A stretch of DNA of 64,000 nt from positions 7,563 through 71,562 of the forward strand of contig CAAFPW010000002.1 of the NCBI GenBank assembly GCA_900764925.1, read 5' to 3'. The position numbers and the translations under genes were made by a program. Source of the DNA: Fusobacteriaceae bacterium (GTDB taxonomy: Bacteria > Fusobacteriota > Fusobacteriia > Fusobacteriales > Fusobacteriaceae). A model generated the notes under the pieces. The model saw nothing but the letters and a program-made list of their open reading frames with translations, was not told the DNA's origin and searched no databases. Of this stretch, positions 10,553-20,464 are shown one piece after another (position 1 is the first letter of the stretch; every line of letters begins with the position of its first letter).

Positions 10553-10834
10553 TTATAAATATATTTTCTTAGCTACTCTAATATAAAACTCAAATTGAGA
10601 AAAAATCTTACTCAACTCACTAATATCTCCATCAAAACTACTGATCCTTCTATTCAATCCATCTCTCAATCTTTTAGAAAGCTCCTCTCCTTTTTTAGCT
10701 CCAGCTTTTTCACAGAGTTTTGAAAATTGATCCAATCTCTCTAACAAAGAAGGTTGTACACTATGAAATCCACTTAAAAAGATATCGTAAATTATCTCCT
10801 CTCCATCTTCAATTACCTTTTCAATCAGTTTCAT
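10553..10834 (-). CDS. Small helical hypothetical protein (resembles a segment of the adjacent SWIM protein)
   Basis: 93 aa, GGAGG RBS, 4-nt ATGA overlap with upstream SWIM gene. Confidence 0.7.
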   Translation of the reverse strand: MKLIEKVIEDGEEIIYDIFLSGFHSVQPSLLERLDQFSKLCEKAGAKKGEELSKRLRDGLNRRISSFDGDISELSKIFSQFEFYIRVAKKIYL

Positions 10835-12525
10835 CTTCTCCCTCCTTTAAACATAATATTATTGATGGAATCATTCATTATACAAGAGAGAAATCTTCCA
10901 TGTAACTCTCCCTTTTTCTCACTTATACTTCCTAAAATATACTCTATCCCTTTTCCTCTATTTTTTTCTAAATATTTTATTCCATTTTCAGTAACTCTAT
11001 TGTATTCCAAGTAAAAATTTATCACTCGTCCCTCACTATCAAAGACTCTCATCTTCAACTTTTGTTCAATTTTATCATACTCCAACTCCTCTATTTTATT
11101 CACTTTGACTAAGTTTATTCCAGAGATAGATGAGTATGGAGAGAAATAATCAAACTTGTTCTGTCTAATCTTACTCTGTATGATGGAGTAATCATCTATT
11201 ACTATATTTTTTAAATTCTCTAAACTAGTAGCTCCTTTAATATATGAAATAGTATTTTTACTAGAGGAAAGTTTTTCTAAAGAGAGCTTGGCATCTTTTA
11301 GTACAAATTTAGAAGTTGAAACCTTTTCAAAGGAAAGTTCATCACTCCAGATAACTCCCATCCTATATAGTTGATCTATATCTCCATTTGGACGCAGTGT
11401 ACTCATTGATATAATTTTCTTTATATCTTCACAATAAAAATACGAGGTAATTAAATTCTCTCCTCTCTTAGTTAAAAAAGCACTAGCTCCCAATCCAAAA
11501 ATAGTTATCTTACTTAGATTGAATTTATCCTCCTGCTTCTCTCCTATGAGTATATTTTTTATCTCTCTTTTTTCTACTACTTGTAGAGAGTTTAATCTAT
11601 TGTAGAGAGTACAGATAGTGTGTAACATTCTTTTATGTGAAAAGGAGATATTTTTATTTATATAGTAACCTATCTCAGTAGCTAGAGATTTTAACTCATC
11701 AGCTACAGCAAAAAATTTCATTCCATAAGCTTGAATATAAAATTTTTCTAATCTATCAATCTCACTTCCTATAAGTCCAGATATTCCCCTGTCTAAAATA
11801 CTCTCTAGACAGTTCTGAACAATTTTAAAAAACTCTCTCTCCCTCTCTCCAATTTTTATAGTTACACTCTCTAAATCTTTCTCACTTATTTTTCCCTCTC
11901 TCATCATATAACTTACAAGGGCATAAGCTCTATGCTCACAAAATTTTTTCTCCTTACAGGAGCAGATAGAGTTTTCAATGGATCTCTCCTTAGGAAAATA
12001 TACTTTTATATTTTGAGTGGGTAAGATAACTGTAAGCATATCTCCATACTGCAAATCTGCCTCATCTCTTATAGATATAGAGTTTATTAGTGAGTTATAC
12101 TGTTTTTTTCCCAACATCTCTAAAAGTTTTTCTGAAGTAAGTTCCTTTAACTCTTTGTACTCCTCATTGTTCTCTATACCCTCAACTTCACTCTCTACAC
12201 TATCTTCACTTTTAGCTTCAGAATTATTTTCATAATACTCCTTAAGATAGAGCAATCCCATTATCCTATGCTTACACATTGTAGTAGAGGGACAGGAACA
12301 GGTACTATTTTGTATATTTATATTCAGTTCTACATCACAACCATCTACCTTTACACCGATTACTCCCTCAGCTACAACAGTTAGACTTATACTATCTCTT
12401 ACCTTTTCTAAATCCTTTAACGATCTTTTATATATTCCCTTATTGGAAATACTTATGATAAACTCCTCTGTTACCATTGGAAGAAAGGTTTTTATCTCCT
12501 TTATAATACTATCTTTGCTATCCAT
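10831..12525 (-). CDS. SWIM zinc-finger protein (YehQ-like), two SWIM motifs
   Basis: CSCPSTTMCKH and CSCKEKKFCEH (CxCx5CxH); position after the VWA gene as in yeh clusters. Confidence 0.82.
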   Translation of the reverse strand: MDSKDSIIKEIKTFLPMVTEEFIISISNKGIYKRSLKDLEKVRDSISLTVVAEGVIGVKVDGCDVELNINIQNSTCSCPSTTMCKHRIMGLLYLKEYYENNSEAKSEDSVESEVEGIENNEEYKELKELTSEKLLEMLGKKQYNSLINSISIRDEADLQYGDMLTVILPTQNIKVYFPKERSIENSICSCKEKKFCEHRAYALVSYMMREGKISEKDLESVTIKIGEREREFFKIVQNCLESILDRGISGLIGSEIDRLEKFYIQAYGMKFFAVADELKSLATEIGYYINKNISFSHKRMLHTICTLYNRLNSLQVVEKREIKNILIGEKQEDKFNLSKITIFGLGASAFLTKRGENLITSYFYCEDIKKIISMSTLRPNGDIDQLYRMGVIWSDELSFEKVSTSKFVLKDAKLSLEKLSSSKNTISYIKGATSLENLKNIVIDDYSIIQSKIRQNKFDYFSPYSSISGINLVKVNKIEELEYDKIEQKLKMRVFDSEGRVINFYLEYNRVTENGIKYLEKNRGKGIEYILGSISEKKGELHGRFLSCIMNDSINNIMFKGGRR

Positions 12526-13613
12526 TTTGCCAACTCCTTTGGTGTAAGTGCTGCAACTTCAGCTCCCAAATCTGCCATTTTTTGTGCTGCTCCCCTATCA
12601 TAACTTCCACTACTTATCTCATAATCCAAAGCTGGCAATACAAACATCTTAGCTCCGCTTTCAACTATATCAAAAACTCTTTTATACATCTGTCTATAAT
12701 CATACCCATCGTATAGATCACTTACTAAAATAACTATCGTCTTATTAGGTTGAGTAATTAAAGTAGTTACATAGTCCAGAGCCTTAGAGATATCTGTACC
12801 TCCACCTAGTTGTACAGAAAGTAGAGTCTCCACTGGATCAGACACACGTTCAGACAGATCAACTATCCTTGTATCAAAAGTTATAAGTTTTGTCTCTATG
12901 CTTCCCAAACTTGAAAAAATACCAGCCATAACAGCACTGTATATAACAGAGTTCAGCATACTTCCGCTCTGATCCACAGCTATAATTATATGGTACTCAT
13001 TTCTCCTCTTTACCCTTGAAGAAAAATAGAACTGAGAGGGTACAATGACTCCTCTTTTACTATCATAATTTTTTAGATTTCTCCTGATTGTCTTTTTAAA
13101 ATCAAAATTTTTAAAGCTCTTCAATGGACTGCTCTTATAGGGATTCTTCTTTCCAGAAAAAGCTTCTACTATCTCACTTCTCAATTTTTCCTCTATCTGA
13201 GCTACTACCTCAGCTATAATCTGCCTAGCTGTATTCAGTACTTGTGGACTCATCATTCCCTTAAAAGTAAGTATATTTTTAAGAAGTTCCATATCTGGTT
13301 GCATAGATTTTAAAATCTTTTCATCAGTTAATAGTTCTGTGAGCTTATATTTACTTATTGCCTGTTTTTGCATAACTTCCACACTCTCCTGTGGAAAAAA
13401 TTTTCTTACTTTGCTTATCCATTGAGGTACAGTTAGATTTGATTCTCCTCTACCTCCCTCTTTACGAATTCCCTGCTCCTCTGTATATTCTCTTGAATAG
13501 AGAAATGAGAGAGTCTTGTCTATCTCTATCCCCTCTTGAGATAACTCCATCTTATTTTGAGCAAACTCACCAAGTATAAGTCGCCATCTATTTAACATCT
13601 CCTTATCACTCAT
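12501..13613 (-). CDS. VWA-domain protein (YehP/CoxE-like)
   Basis: RWRLILG N-terminus, MIDAS DQSGS...GGGT...SD. Confidence 0.88.
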   Translation of the reverse strand: MSDKEMLNRWRLILGEFAQNKMELSQEGIEIDKTLSFLYSREYTEEQGIRKEGGRGESNLTVPQWISKVRKFFPQESVEVMQKQAISKYKLTELLTDEKILKSMQPDMELLKNILTFKGMMSPQVLNTARQIIAEVVAQIEEKLRSEIVEAFSGKKNPYKSSPLKSFKNFDFKKTIRRNLKNYDSKRGVIVPSQFYFSSRVKRRNEYHIIIAVDQSGSMLNSVIYSAVMAGIFSSLGSIETKLITFDTRIVDLSERVSDPVETLLSVQLGGGTDISKALDYVTTLITQPNKTIVILVSDLYDGYDYRQMYKRVFDIVESGAKMFVLPALDYEISSGSYDRGAAQKMADLGAEVAALTPKELAKWIAKIVL

Positions 13614-15981
13614 CAGCTACCCCCAACCACTCACTCATCTTCTCGTTACAATATCTATCTATCTCTATTAACTCCTCTAGCTCCTCTACATCAAAGCTCT
13701 CCTCATAAAGAATATCTCCACTTTTTGCCTGATAAAAATCTGCTACCTCTTGAGCTATCCTATCAGTTTCAAAGGGTAAAAAATGTGTAAAAGCCATCCT
13801 TAAATCTGGAAGTATCTCCATAAAAATGTTGTTCTCAGTATCTTTTAAAACCTCATCTAAAAGTTTTAGAAGTTTGTTATCCACAAAGACTATATCTTTA
13901 GCTATGGTAAAAAATCCCTTTAGAAAAGATGCTGACACTCTCTTAGAATCATCTGTTCCCTCTATATAGGACTTAAATTTCTCCACTCCCTCCTCCAAAG
14001 TCAATCTTCCACTTTTGAAGAGTATCCCTGTGGCTATCCCAGATAGAGCAGAGTTTGTCCCTATATCTTGATAGAAAGAGTATAAAATATTTAAAAATCT
14101 CTCTCTACTTTCAAGATCATCACTATCTATAAAGTATGTATAGAGATATTTTACTCTCTCTAAGAGAGAGTCCTCTTCATCTTTAGGAGCCATCATCACA
14201 GTATAAAAAAGAGTTAATACCCTATCCAATGCTAGTTTTTTTAGGTTCTCCAATTCTGAACTTATCTCCAAAGCAAAACTTCTATTATACATCTCTATTT
14301 CACAAAGATTTTCAAAACAATTTCCTACACTATAAAAATTTACATCTCCAAAAATTATATCTGAAAGTTTTTTCTCAACTATCTTATATATTGAAATAAG
14401 CCCCATTTTATTAACTTCTAATAACTTATTAGAAATCTCTTCACTATTTAAACTATCCTCAAATATCTCTTTTTTTATAAGATTTATACTTGTTTCCTCA
14501 GTTGTTGTTCCATAGGCAGAACTACTGATTAGGTTTGTCTGAACCAAAGAAGTAAATCTATACTCCCAAGTCTCTCTAAGCAATATTCTTCCCTTTCCAG
14601 TTCCATTCTCATGCCCCTTGATATAACTACAAAAATCTGCTCCCAAATATACAAGTTGATGAAAAAATCTACTCTTCTCTCTATGAGTTGAATTATTATA
14701 TATATCTAATTTACTCTCTTTTTTTACTGAAGAACCTATATCTAATTTATATTTTCTACACTTCTCCAAAAAATCATTTACCAATGGAGGAACTCCACTA
14801 TCTTCATCTACATTTCCCATCTTCATTCCTGTCAATAATCTATATAGATTATCCAAAGCTGGTTGATAGTAGAGATTTAACTCCCCCTTAATAAAAGCAG
14901 ATTTTACCCCATCAATTAATTCAAATACTCCACACTCAACTTTATCTCTAAGTGTAGCTAACCCTTTTACCATATATTGAGCTTGTATCTCATCAGCTAT
15001 GGAAAGAGCCTGTTTTTTCCTCAATATCCCAGCTATATTTATGATAAAGGAGAGCACAGCATCTTCAAAAGGGGTAGGTTTTTTCTTTGTAATATTTTCC
15101 CATACCTTTTGATAAAAGTATGGAAAGATCATTCCAGAAGCATATCCATAGTTTCTATCTGCCTCTTGGAATGAGTATGGCATTAGATAACTTGGAGACT
15201 CCTCTTCTTTTAATGCCTTCAATTGTAAATCTGGTATTTTCTCCATAACTATTAAATTTACCAGCTCAACTGTATGTATTCCCCCTGTAATTACCATAAC
15301 TTTAGAATGATTCTCCATAGCTTTTTTAATATTTTTAGCCATAAAATACTCTCTAGCTATATCTCCACTATATAGAATCTCATCTTCAGGATTATTTTTT
15401 CTACTATACCAACAGTAATAGAAAAGCTCCCTTACAAAATCTTCACTCTTCAGATGATACCCTCTAGTTTCAAAAATTTTCTCCCAAAGCTCATTAAAAT
15501 TTTGACATCCCATTCTTTCTACTAGCATCTCATAATAACTACTCTTTGTAAATTCTCTATCCTCTTCTTCATCTCTATAAGGTGTATTCAAAATTTTTTC
15601 TCCAAAGGATAGATCTATAAATTCACTCTCTATTCCTAACTCCTTAGCTTTTTTCAGAGCTACTAGCTCTGGAGAAAACTCTAAAAATGGATAAAACGCT
15701 CTATGTTTCTGTTTTTTATCATCATAGCTCATATAGATGCAGAAGGGAGGTAGAGTTTTTTGAGATACCATATAGGGTATAAGTTTTGTTGAATAGTGAG
15801 GTCCCTCTATTAAAACTATCTCAGGTTTGTACTCTTCCATAACCTTTGTTAAATGATAGGAGCAAACAGGGCTATGGTGTCTTATAGGAAAGAGTAGAAA
15901 ATTTGAATTATAATCAAAACTTTTTTTAAAGCTGTCCTCTATTATTTTAATTGTTTCCCCGCTTCGTAAAACTCTATCCAT
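13606..15981 (-). CDS. YehM/DUF5682-like protein
   Basis: PIRHHSP, LIEGP, PFLEFSPELVA, GGIH, GYASGM motifs; located between MoxR ATPase and VWA genes. Confidence 0.82.
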   Translation of the reverse strand: MDRVLRSGETIKIIEDSFKKSFDYNSNFLLFPIRHHSPVCSYHLTKVMEEYKPEIVLIEGPHYSTKLIPYMVSQKTLPPFCIYMSYDDKKQKHRAFYPFLEFSPELVALKKAKELGIESEFIDLSFGEKILNTPYRDEEEDREFTKSSYYEMLVERMGCQNFNELWEKIFETRGYHLKSEDFVRELFYYCWYSRKNNPEDEILYSGDIAREYFMAKNIKKAMENHSKVMVITGGIHTVELVNLIVMEKIPDLQLKALKEEESPSYLMPYSFQEADRNYGYASGMIFPYFYQKVWENITKKKPTPFEDAVLSFIINIAGILRKKQALSIADEIQAQYMVKGLATLRDKVECGVFELIDGVKSAFIKGELNLYYQPALDNLYRLLTGMKMGNVDEDSGVPPLVNDFLEKCRKYKLDIGSSVKKESKLDIYNNSTHREKSRFFHQLVYLGADFCSYIKGHENGTGKGRILLRETWEYRFTSLVQTNLISSSAYGTTTEETSINLIKKEIFEDSLNSEEISNKLLEVNKMGLISIYKIVEKKLSDIIFGDVNFYSVGNCFENLCEIEMYNRSFALEISSELENLKKLALDRVLTLFYTVMMAPKDEEDSLLERVKYLYTYFIDSDDLESRERFLNILYSFYQDIGTNSALSGIATGILFKSGRLTLEEGVEKFKSYIEGTDDSKRVSASFLKGFFTIAKDIVFVDNKLLKLLDEVLKDTENNIFMEILPDLRMAFTHFLPFETDRIAQEVADFYQAKSGDILYEESFDVEELEELIEIDRYCNEKMSEWLGVADE

Positions 15982-17054
15982 AATCCTCCCTCATTCTCAG
16001 CTCTTTTTTTCACAACACTATTGATATAGCTTCTCAACTTTACCAAATCTTCTCTATTCTCCTTTATAACTGCTCCCTTTATATTTTGTACAAGCTTATC
16101 CCCTCTTATCTTTTCATCTCCATAGTAGTATCCATCTATGGCTGTTTGAAAATATACAGATACAGCTTCTGCTGTACTCATCACTGTACTTGGCACATCT
16201 ACTTTGATATTTTCATAGGTGATTCCCTCTCTCAACTCCCTAAATGTTGTAGCTAAAACCTCTATTACATCATGTTCTAACTCCAATTCCACTCCAGCTT
16301 CTTCAAATAGTTTTTCACACTCTTGCTCTATAATTTTAGCTTCTATTGAAACACTACTCACAGGAAGTACAGTTTCAAAGTTAAATCTCCTCTTAAGAGC
16401 TGAACTCATCTCATTTATTCCCTTGTCTCTTGTGTTGGCTGTGGCTATAATATTAAATCCTTGTTTAGCATATAGTACAGGCTCCTCCTTAAACTCTGGA
16501 ATATTCAATACCTTATCACTCATAATACTTATCAGACTATCTTGAATCTCCAAAGGACATCTAGTAATCTCTTCAAAACGAGTGATAATTCCCTCTTTCA
16601 TTCCTACATATAGAGGTGCTGGAATAAGTGCTTCTCTAACTGGTCCTTTAGATAAAAGTAGGGCATAGTTCCATGAATACTTTATCATGTCCTCAGTTGT
16701 TCCTGCACTTCCTTGAATTGTATTTGTACTTGTACCACTGATAGCTGAAGAGAGCAGCTCACTTAACATTGTTTTTGCTGTTCCGGGATCTCCTACTAAC
16801 ATAAGTCCTCTATTTCCAGCTAGTGTGATTATACATCTCTCCACAAGAGCATTATCCCCATAAAATTTTTTTGATATTTTTATCTTCTTTCCGTTATATT
16901 CAATAGCTTCATTACTTCCAAGTATAAAAGTTCTGACTCCTTGAGGAGATAGAAGCCAGTTAGCTGGCTTCTTTCCTCTATCATTTGCCCTCAACGCTTC
17001 CAATTCAAGAGCATATTTCATCTCCATAGTAGGTTTTAATATCTTTTTATCCAT
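15942..17054 (-). CDS. MoxR-family AAA+ ATPase (YehL subfamily)
   Basis: Walker A GDPGTAKT, Walker B RFEE, ATANTRD, SSALKRRF, STAEAV. Confidence 0.92.
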   Translation of the reverse strand: MDKKILKPTMEMKYALELEALRANDRGKKPANWLLSPQGVRTFILGSNEAIEYNGKKIKISKKFYGDNALVERCIITLAGNRGLMLVGDPGTAKTMLSELLSSAISGTSTNTIQGSAGTTEDMIKYSWNYALLLSKGPVREALIPAPLYVGMKEGIITRFEEITRCPLEIQDSLISIMSDKVLNIPEFKEEPVLYAKQGFNIIATANTRDKGINEMSSALKRRFNFETVLPVSSVSIEAKIIEQECEKLFEEAGVELELEHDVIEVLATTFRELREGITYENIKVDVPSTVMSTAEAVSVYFQTAIDGYYYGDEKIRGDKLVQNIKGAVIKENREDLVKLRSYINSVVKKRAENEGGLWIEFYEAGKQLK

Positions 17055-17057
17055 TCT

Positions 17058-20000
17058 CTATCCTCCAACCTTTGTTAGCTCTCTCACTACATAATACACA
17101 TAATCTAATAATTCTATTGGAATAATTTTTAGAAGACATAGATTGCTTCTATCTCCTAACTTATTAAATGTGATATTTTTAAGACTTCCTCTCACATCAT
17201 ACTCCCACATCATAAGTGGTTCTTTTAGATTTATATTTATCTCAAATTCTCTTTCAATATCAGTATATGTAGCTGTTTCTATTCCATCATAGTAATCTTG
17301 ATCATACTTAAATCCATACTTATCCATAACTTTTTTAAATGTAGATGGATAAAATTCCTTATCAGAACCTATTTCTAACTCTTTTTTCTCTTCCTCATCC
17401 TCTTTCAATGTGTAGAGTAATATATCTAATTGTTCCACAGGTTGAGTAACTTCATAATCATCTAGTTGCTCCTTCCATAAACTTTTTTCCTCTTCATCCA
17501 TCTCTCTCAAATTAGCAAAAGTTATAAAGCTTCCACTACCTAGCTCATACTCATCTTCATCTACAGTATTAAATGTTCCATCTTCCATATATCTAAATCT
17601 ACCTAGAAGTTTTCCTTCACTATCCAACTCTTCCCAAATAAGTCCAATAGCAAAAATATTCATAAGGGGATTATCTACAAATATCTCTCTCCATCTGCCT
17701 AATTCCCACTTTCTTCTTTGAATAAGAGCTTTTTGTATTCTAAATTTCTGTAACTCTGCCACAGTTTTTAGTTGTTTCTTTATTACTTTTAACTCCTCTT
17801 TACACTCTGTCACTAGATTTTCATCATCATTGTATTTAGCACTTGCCTTAGGAAGAGATTTTATCTGTTTACCTGTACTATCGAATAGAGTTATCTCCAA
17901 ATCTCCTCCAAGTAGAGCTTTTATCTTTCTCTCTCCATAATTAAAATATCTCACTCTATCTCTATCAAAACCAAAGTCTGGAATAATTTTTTCCTCCAAC
18001 TCATCCAAACTCATTCCATACAGTTCAGCTGTGGCTTCTAAAGCACTCTGAGCTAAGTTTTTAATCTTCTTGTTCTTAAACTTTTTAGCTATACTATCTA
18101 CATAGATAAGAGAAGTTTTATCTCCTCTAGTGGCTATACATTGGATTAAAAAACTAGCAAGTCCAGGCTTTGAGTTATCTGCCCAAAAGTTAATCTGTTT
18201 TTTTAACATCTCTAATTGAGCTGGACTAGCTATCAAAGTAGCTGGTAGAAGAATATTTTTCTGTTTAGGATTAGCTCCTTTCTCCAACCATTTTTCATAT
18301 ATGCTATACACTACATTTCTCAAATCTGAAATATTTACTACTTCAGCTATCTTTTTACAGCTATTGAGTATATAGATATCACTGAGTCCCATATACTCCG
18401 AGATATAATATTTTATAACTCTCTCATCCACTCTATCTTCACTATTTTTTTCCCTCACACAAGAGTAGTCTATCTCATCAACATAAGGAGCTTTCTTCTC
18501 AAGTTGTTTAGTAAAAAATTGCTCAAGATAATTCGTAATTTCTTTGGGATCCTCTACATCTTTTAAATCTTTTGCTATTTTATCATTATCCCAATATCTT
18601 AAAAGTCTAGTACAAAAATCAACTATAACTTTTTTCTTCTCTGTAACTCTTCCTTCTATCTCGCTACGTAACTTTTCAGGATAAGCTCTAAATATAGTTT
18701 CTAAATACTTTAAAATTGCAACTCCCACTCTATCTGTCCATGAAAATAAAGCTTTTATATCAAATGGACTACCACTCTTATAGAGAGTTTGACAAATATT
18801 TTTACTCTCATCTAAAGTTGTAATTGTAATATTTTTTATAGCTTCATTTGTTTCATCTATATGTTTACTTAAAAAACTATATATACTCTCACTTTGAATT
18901 ATATTATAGTAACTTTTAGCAAACACTGTAACCAATCTCTCTATACCAATTCCAGCTCTATAAAAATCTTCTAATAAATCTCTTTTAGAGAAAAGAAGAG
19001 AATAAGTGTAGTATTCAATATATGTTTGGTAACCCTTGAGAGCAGTATAGAGTAGTTCATTAAATTTTGAGATATTTACTGCTACATTACTCTCTTTTAA
19101 ACTTGGAATAATACTAGAAATAAAACGTGTTAGTCCATTAGTATTATAAGTTGGATTATAAGCTTTTATCTTTATATTTTTTGGAAATTCTCTTTCCTTT
19201 AAAAAATTAAAATCCTTCATACTCTCATCTGGAAACTCTATCTCAGCTTTAATTACATTGATAACCTCATTTTTATATTCCTTTATAACCTCATCTTCAA
19301 ACCAATCTAAATAATCTCTTCTTTCCTTTTCGTTCATTAGATTTTTCTCTACTAGCTTTGCAAATAAATAGCTACTTTTCAAATTTCTATTATTTTTAGA
19401 TTCAAATACCTTAGCTCTAACTATCTCTGGTTTTTCCTCTATCAATCTATCTACATACTCCTTTGCACCATTACAGCTATATCCACTTGAATAAGTAGAT
19501 TGTAACAGAAAATCTAACCCATAGTTTTCACTTAAATTAAATCTTTTTATAAGAGGAGTTACAAAACTAAGTTCCCTTTTGCACAGTAAAAACTCCTTAG
19601 GGGATAAAATCATACAAGCTTTTAAAATTTTCTCACATTTTGGAGTAGGATATTTGAATTTATATATAATATTATCTAGTAATTCAGTTCCTACTTTATT
19701 ACTTACAAACTCCAACTTAAGCTCACTTGTTTTATCAAATAAATCTAGTAAATCCCTAAATTCTTCATTATCTCTAACTAATTCTTTTACTTTTTCCAAA
19801 TGGTTTTGATATTTTTTTCTAAAGCACTCTCCTGTTATCTTTTCAATAGCCAACTTAAACTCTTCTATTCTATCTCCATATTTCTCTTCCAATTTGATAT
19901 CCAATTTGTCTTCTCTATTAACTGAATTTAGGATTATAGATAACATCTCTATGGCATATCCTACTCCTCTACTTGTAGCTAAATTCATATATCTCTCTAT

Positions 20001-20441
20001 ATAAAATTTTGCTACACTATCTTGATAAAGTAAAAATATCTTAATATCTTTTTTATTAAAATAATAATTATAACAATAGTCTAAATTTTTTCTTACATAC
20101 TCATCTGAAGCTCCAATCTCTTTTAGAAGAGAGTACTTTTCATCTAGATTATAGAAAAAATTCAAATCAGTTTTATGATTAGAATTCATCATATATAGTG
20201 CTAATTTTTTTAAAACTCTTCCAGCTTCACAATCTATATACTTTCCTATCTCATCAAAGCACTCCAACTTTTTTATAGTTGAGTTTGGTATATAGAAAGA
20301 GATTGTACTAAACTCTTGACTTGTAGGTGCATCCTCCCTCTCATCTAAAAGATACTCACTCAATTTATCTATAGCCTCTAAATCTTTATATGAGTGAAAA
20401 TTTTGCATCAATATCTCTACTGCTCTCTCTTTTGTAACCAT
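17058..20441 (-). CDS. Large DUF4132-like protein (YehI/MolR-like), paralog A
   Basis: C-terminal region IIPDFGFD...LPK...W..IFVDNPLMNIFAIGLIW...FRYMEDGTF...W..QL.DYEV.QP.EQL; helical N-terminus. Confidence 0.8.
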   Translation of the reverse strand: MVTKERAVEILMQNFHSYKDLEAIDKLSEYLLDEREDAPTSQEFSTISFYIPNSTIKKLECFDEIGKYIDCEAGRVLKKLALYMMNSNHKTDLNFFYNLDEKYSLLKEIGASDEYVRKNLDYCYNYYFNKKDIKIFLLYQDSVAKFYIERYMNLATSRGVGYAIEMLSIILNSVNREDKLDIKLEEKYGDRIEEFKLAIEKITGECFRKKYQNHLEKVKELVRDNEEFRDLLDLFDKTSELKLEFVSNKVGTELLDNIIYKFKYPTPKCEKILKACMILSPKEFLLCKRELSFVTPLIKRFNLSENYGLDFLLQSTYSSGYSCNGAKEYVDRLIEEKPEIVRAKVFESKNNRNLKSSYLFAKLVEKNLMNEKERRDYLDWFEDEVIKEYKNEVINVIKAEIEFPDESMKDFNFLKEREFPKNIKIKAYNPTYNTNGLTRFISSIIPSLKESNVAVNISKFNELLYTALKGYQTYIEYYTYSLLFSKRDLLEDFYRAGIGIERLVTVFAKSYYNIIQSESIYSFLSKHIDETNEAIKNITITTLDESKNICQTLYKSGSPFDIKALFSWTDRVGVAILKYLETIFRAYPEKLRSEIEGRVTEKKKVIVDFCTRLLRYWDNDKIAKDLKDVEDPKEITNYLEQFFTKQLEKKAPYVDEIDYSCVREKNSEDRVDERVIKYYISEYMGLSDIYILNSCKKIAEVVNISDLRNVVYSIYEKWLEKGANPKQKNILLPATLIASPAQLEMLKKQINFWADNSKPGLASFLIQCIATRGDKTSLIYVDSIAKKFKNKKIKNLAQSALEATAELYGMSLDELEEKIIPDFGFDRDRVRYFNYGERKIKALLGGDLEITLFDSTGKQIKSLPKASAKYNDDENLVTECKEELKVIKKQLKTVAELQKFRIQKALIQRRKWELGRWREIFVDNPLMNIFAIGLIWEELDSEGKLLGRFRYMEDGTFNTVDEDEYELGSGSFITFANLREMDEEEKSLWKEQLDDYEVTQPVEQLDILLYTLKEDEEEKKELEIGSDKEFYPSTFKKVMDKYGFKYDQDYYDGIETATYTDIEREFEININLKEPLMMWEYDVRGSLKNITFNKLGDRSNLCLLKIIPIELLDYVYYVVRELTKVGG

Positions 20442-20464
20442 AATATACCCTCCACACTTTTTTA

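Noticed and set aside
13877..13885. DnaA box TTATCCACA (and TTATTCACA near 35824)
   Set aside because: Isolated single matches, one inside a CDS; expected by chance and no cluster.
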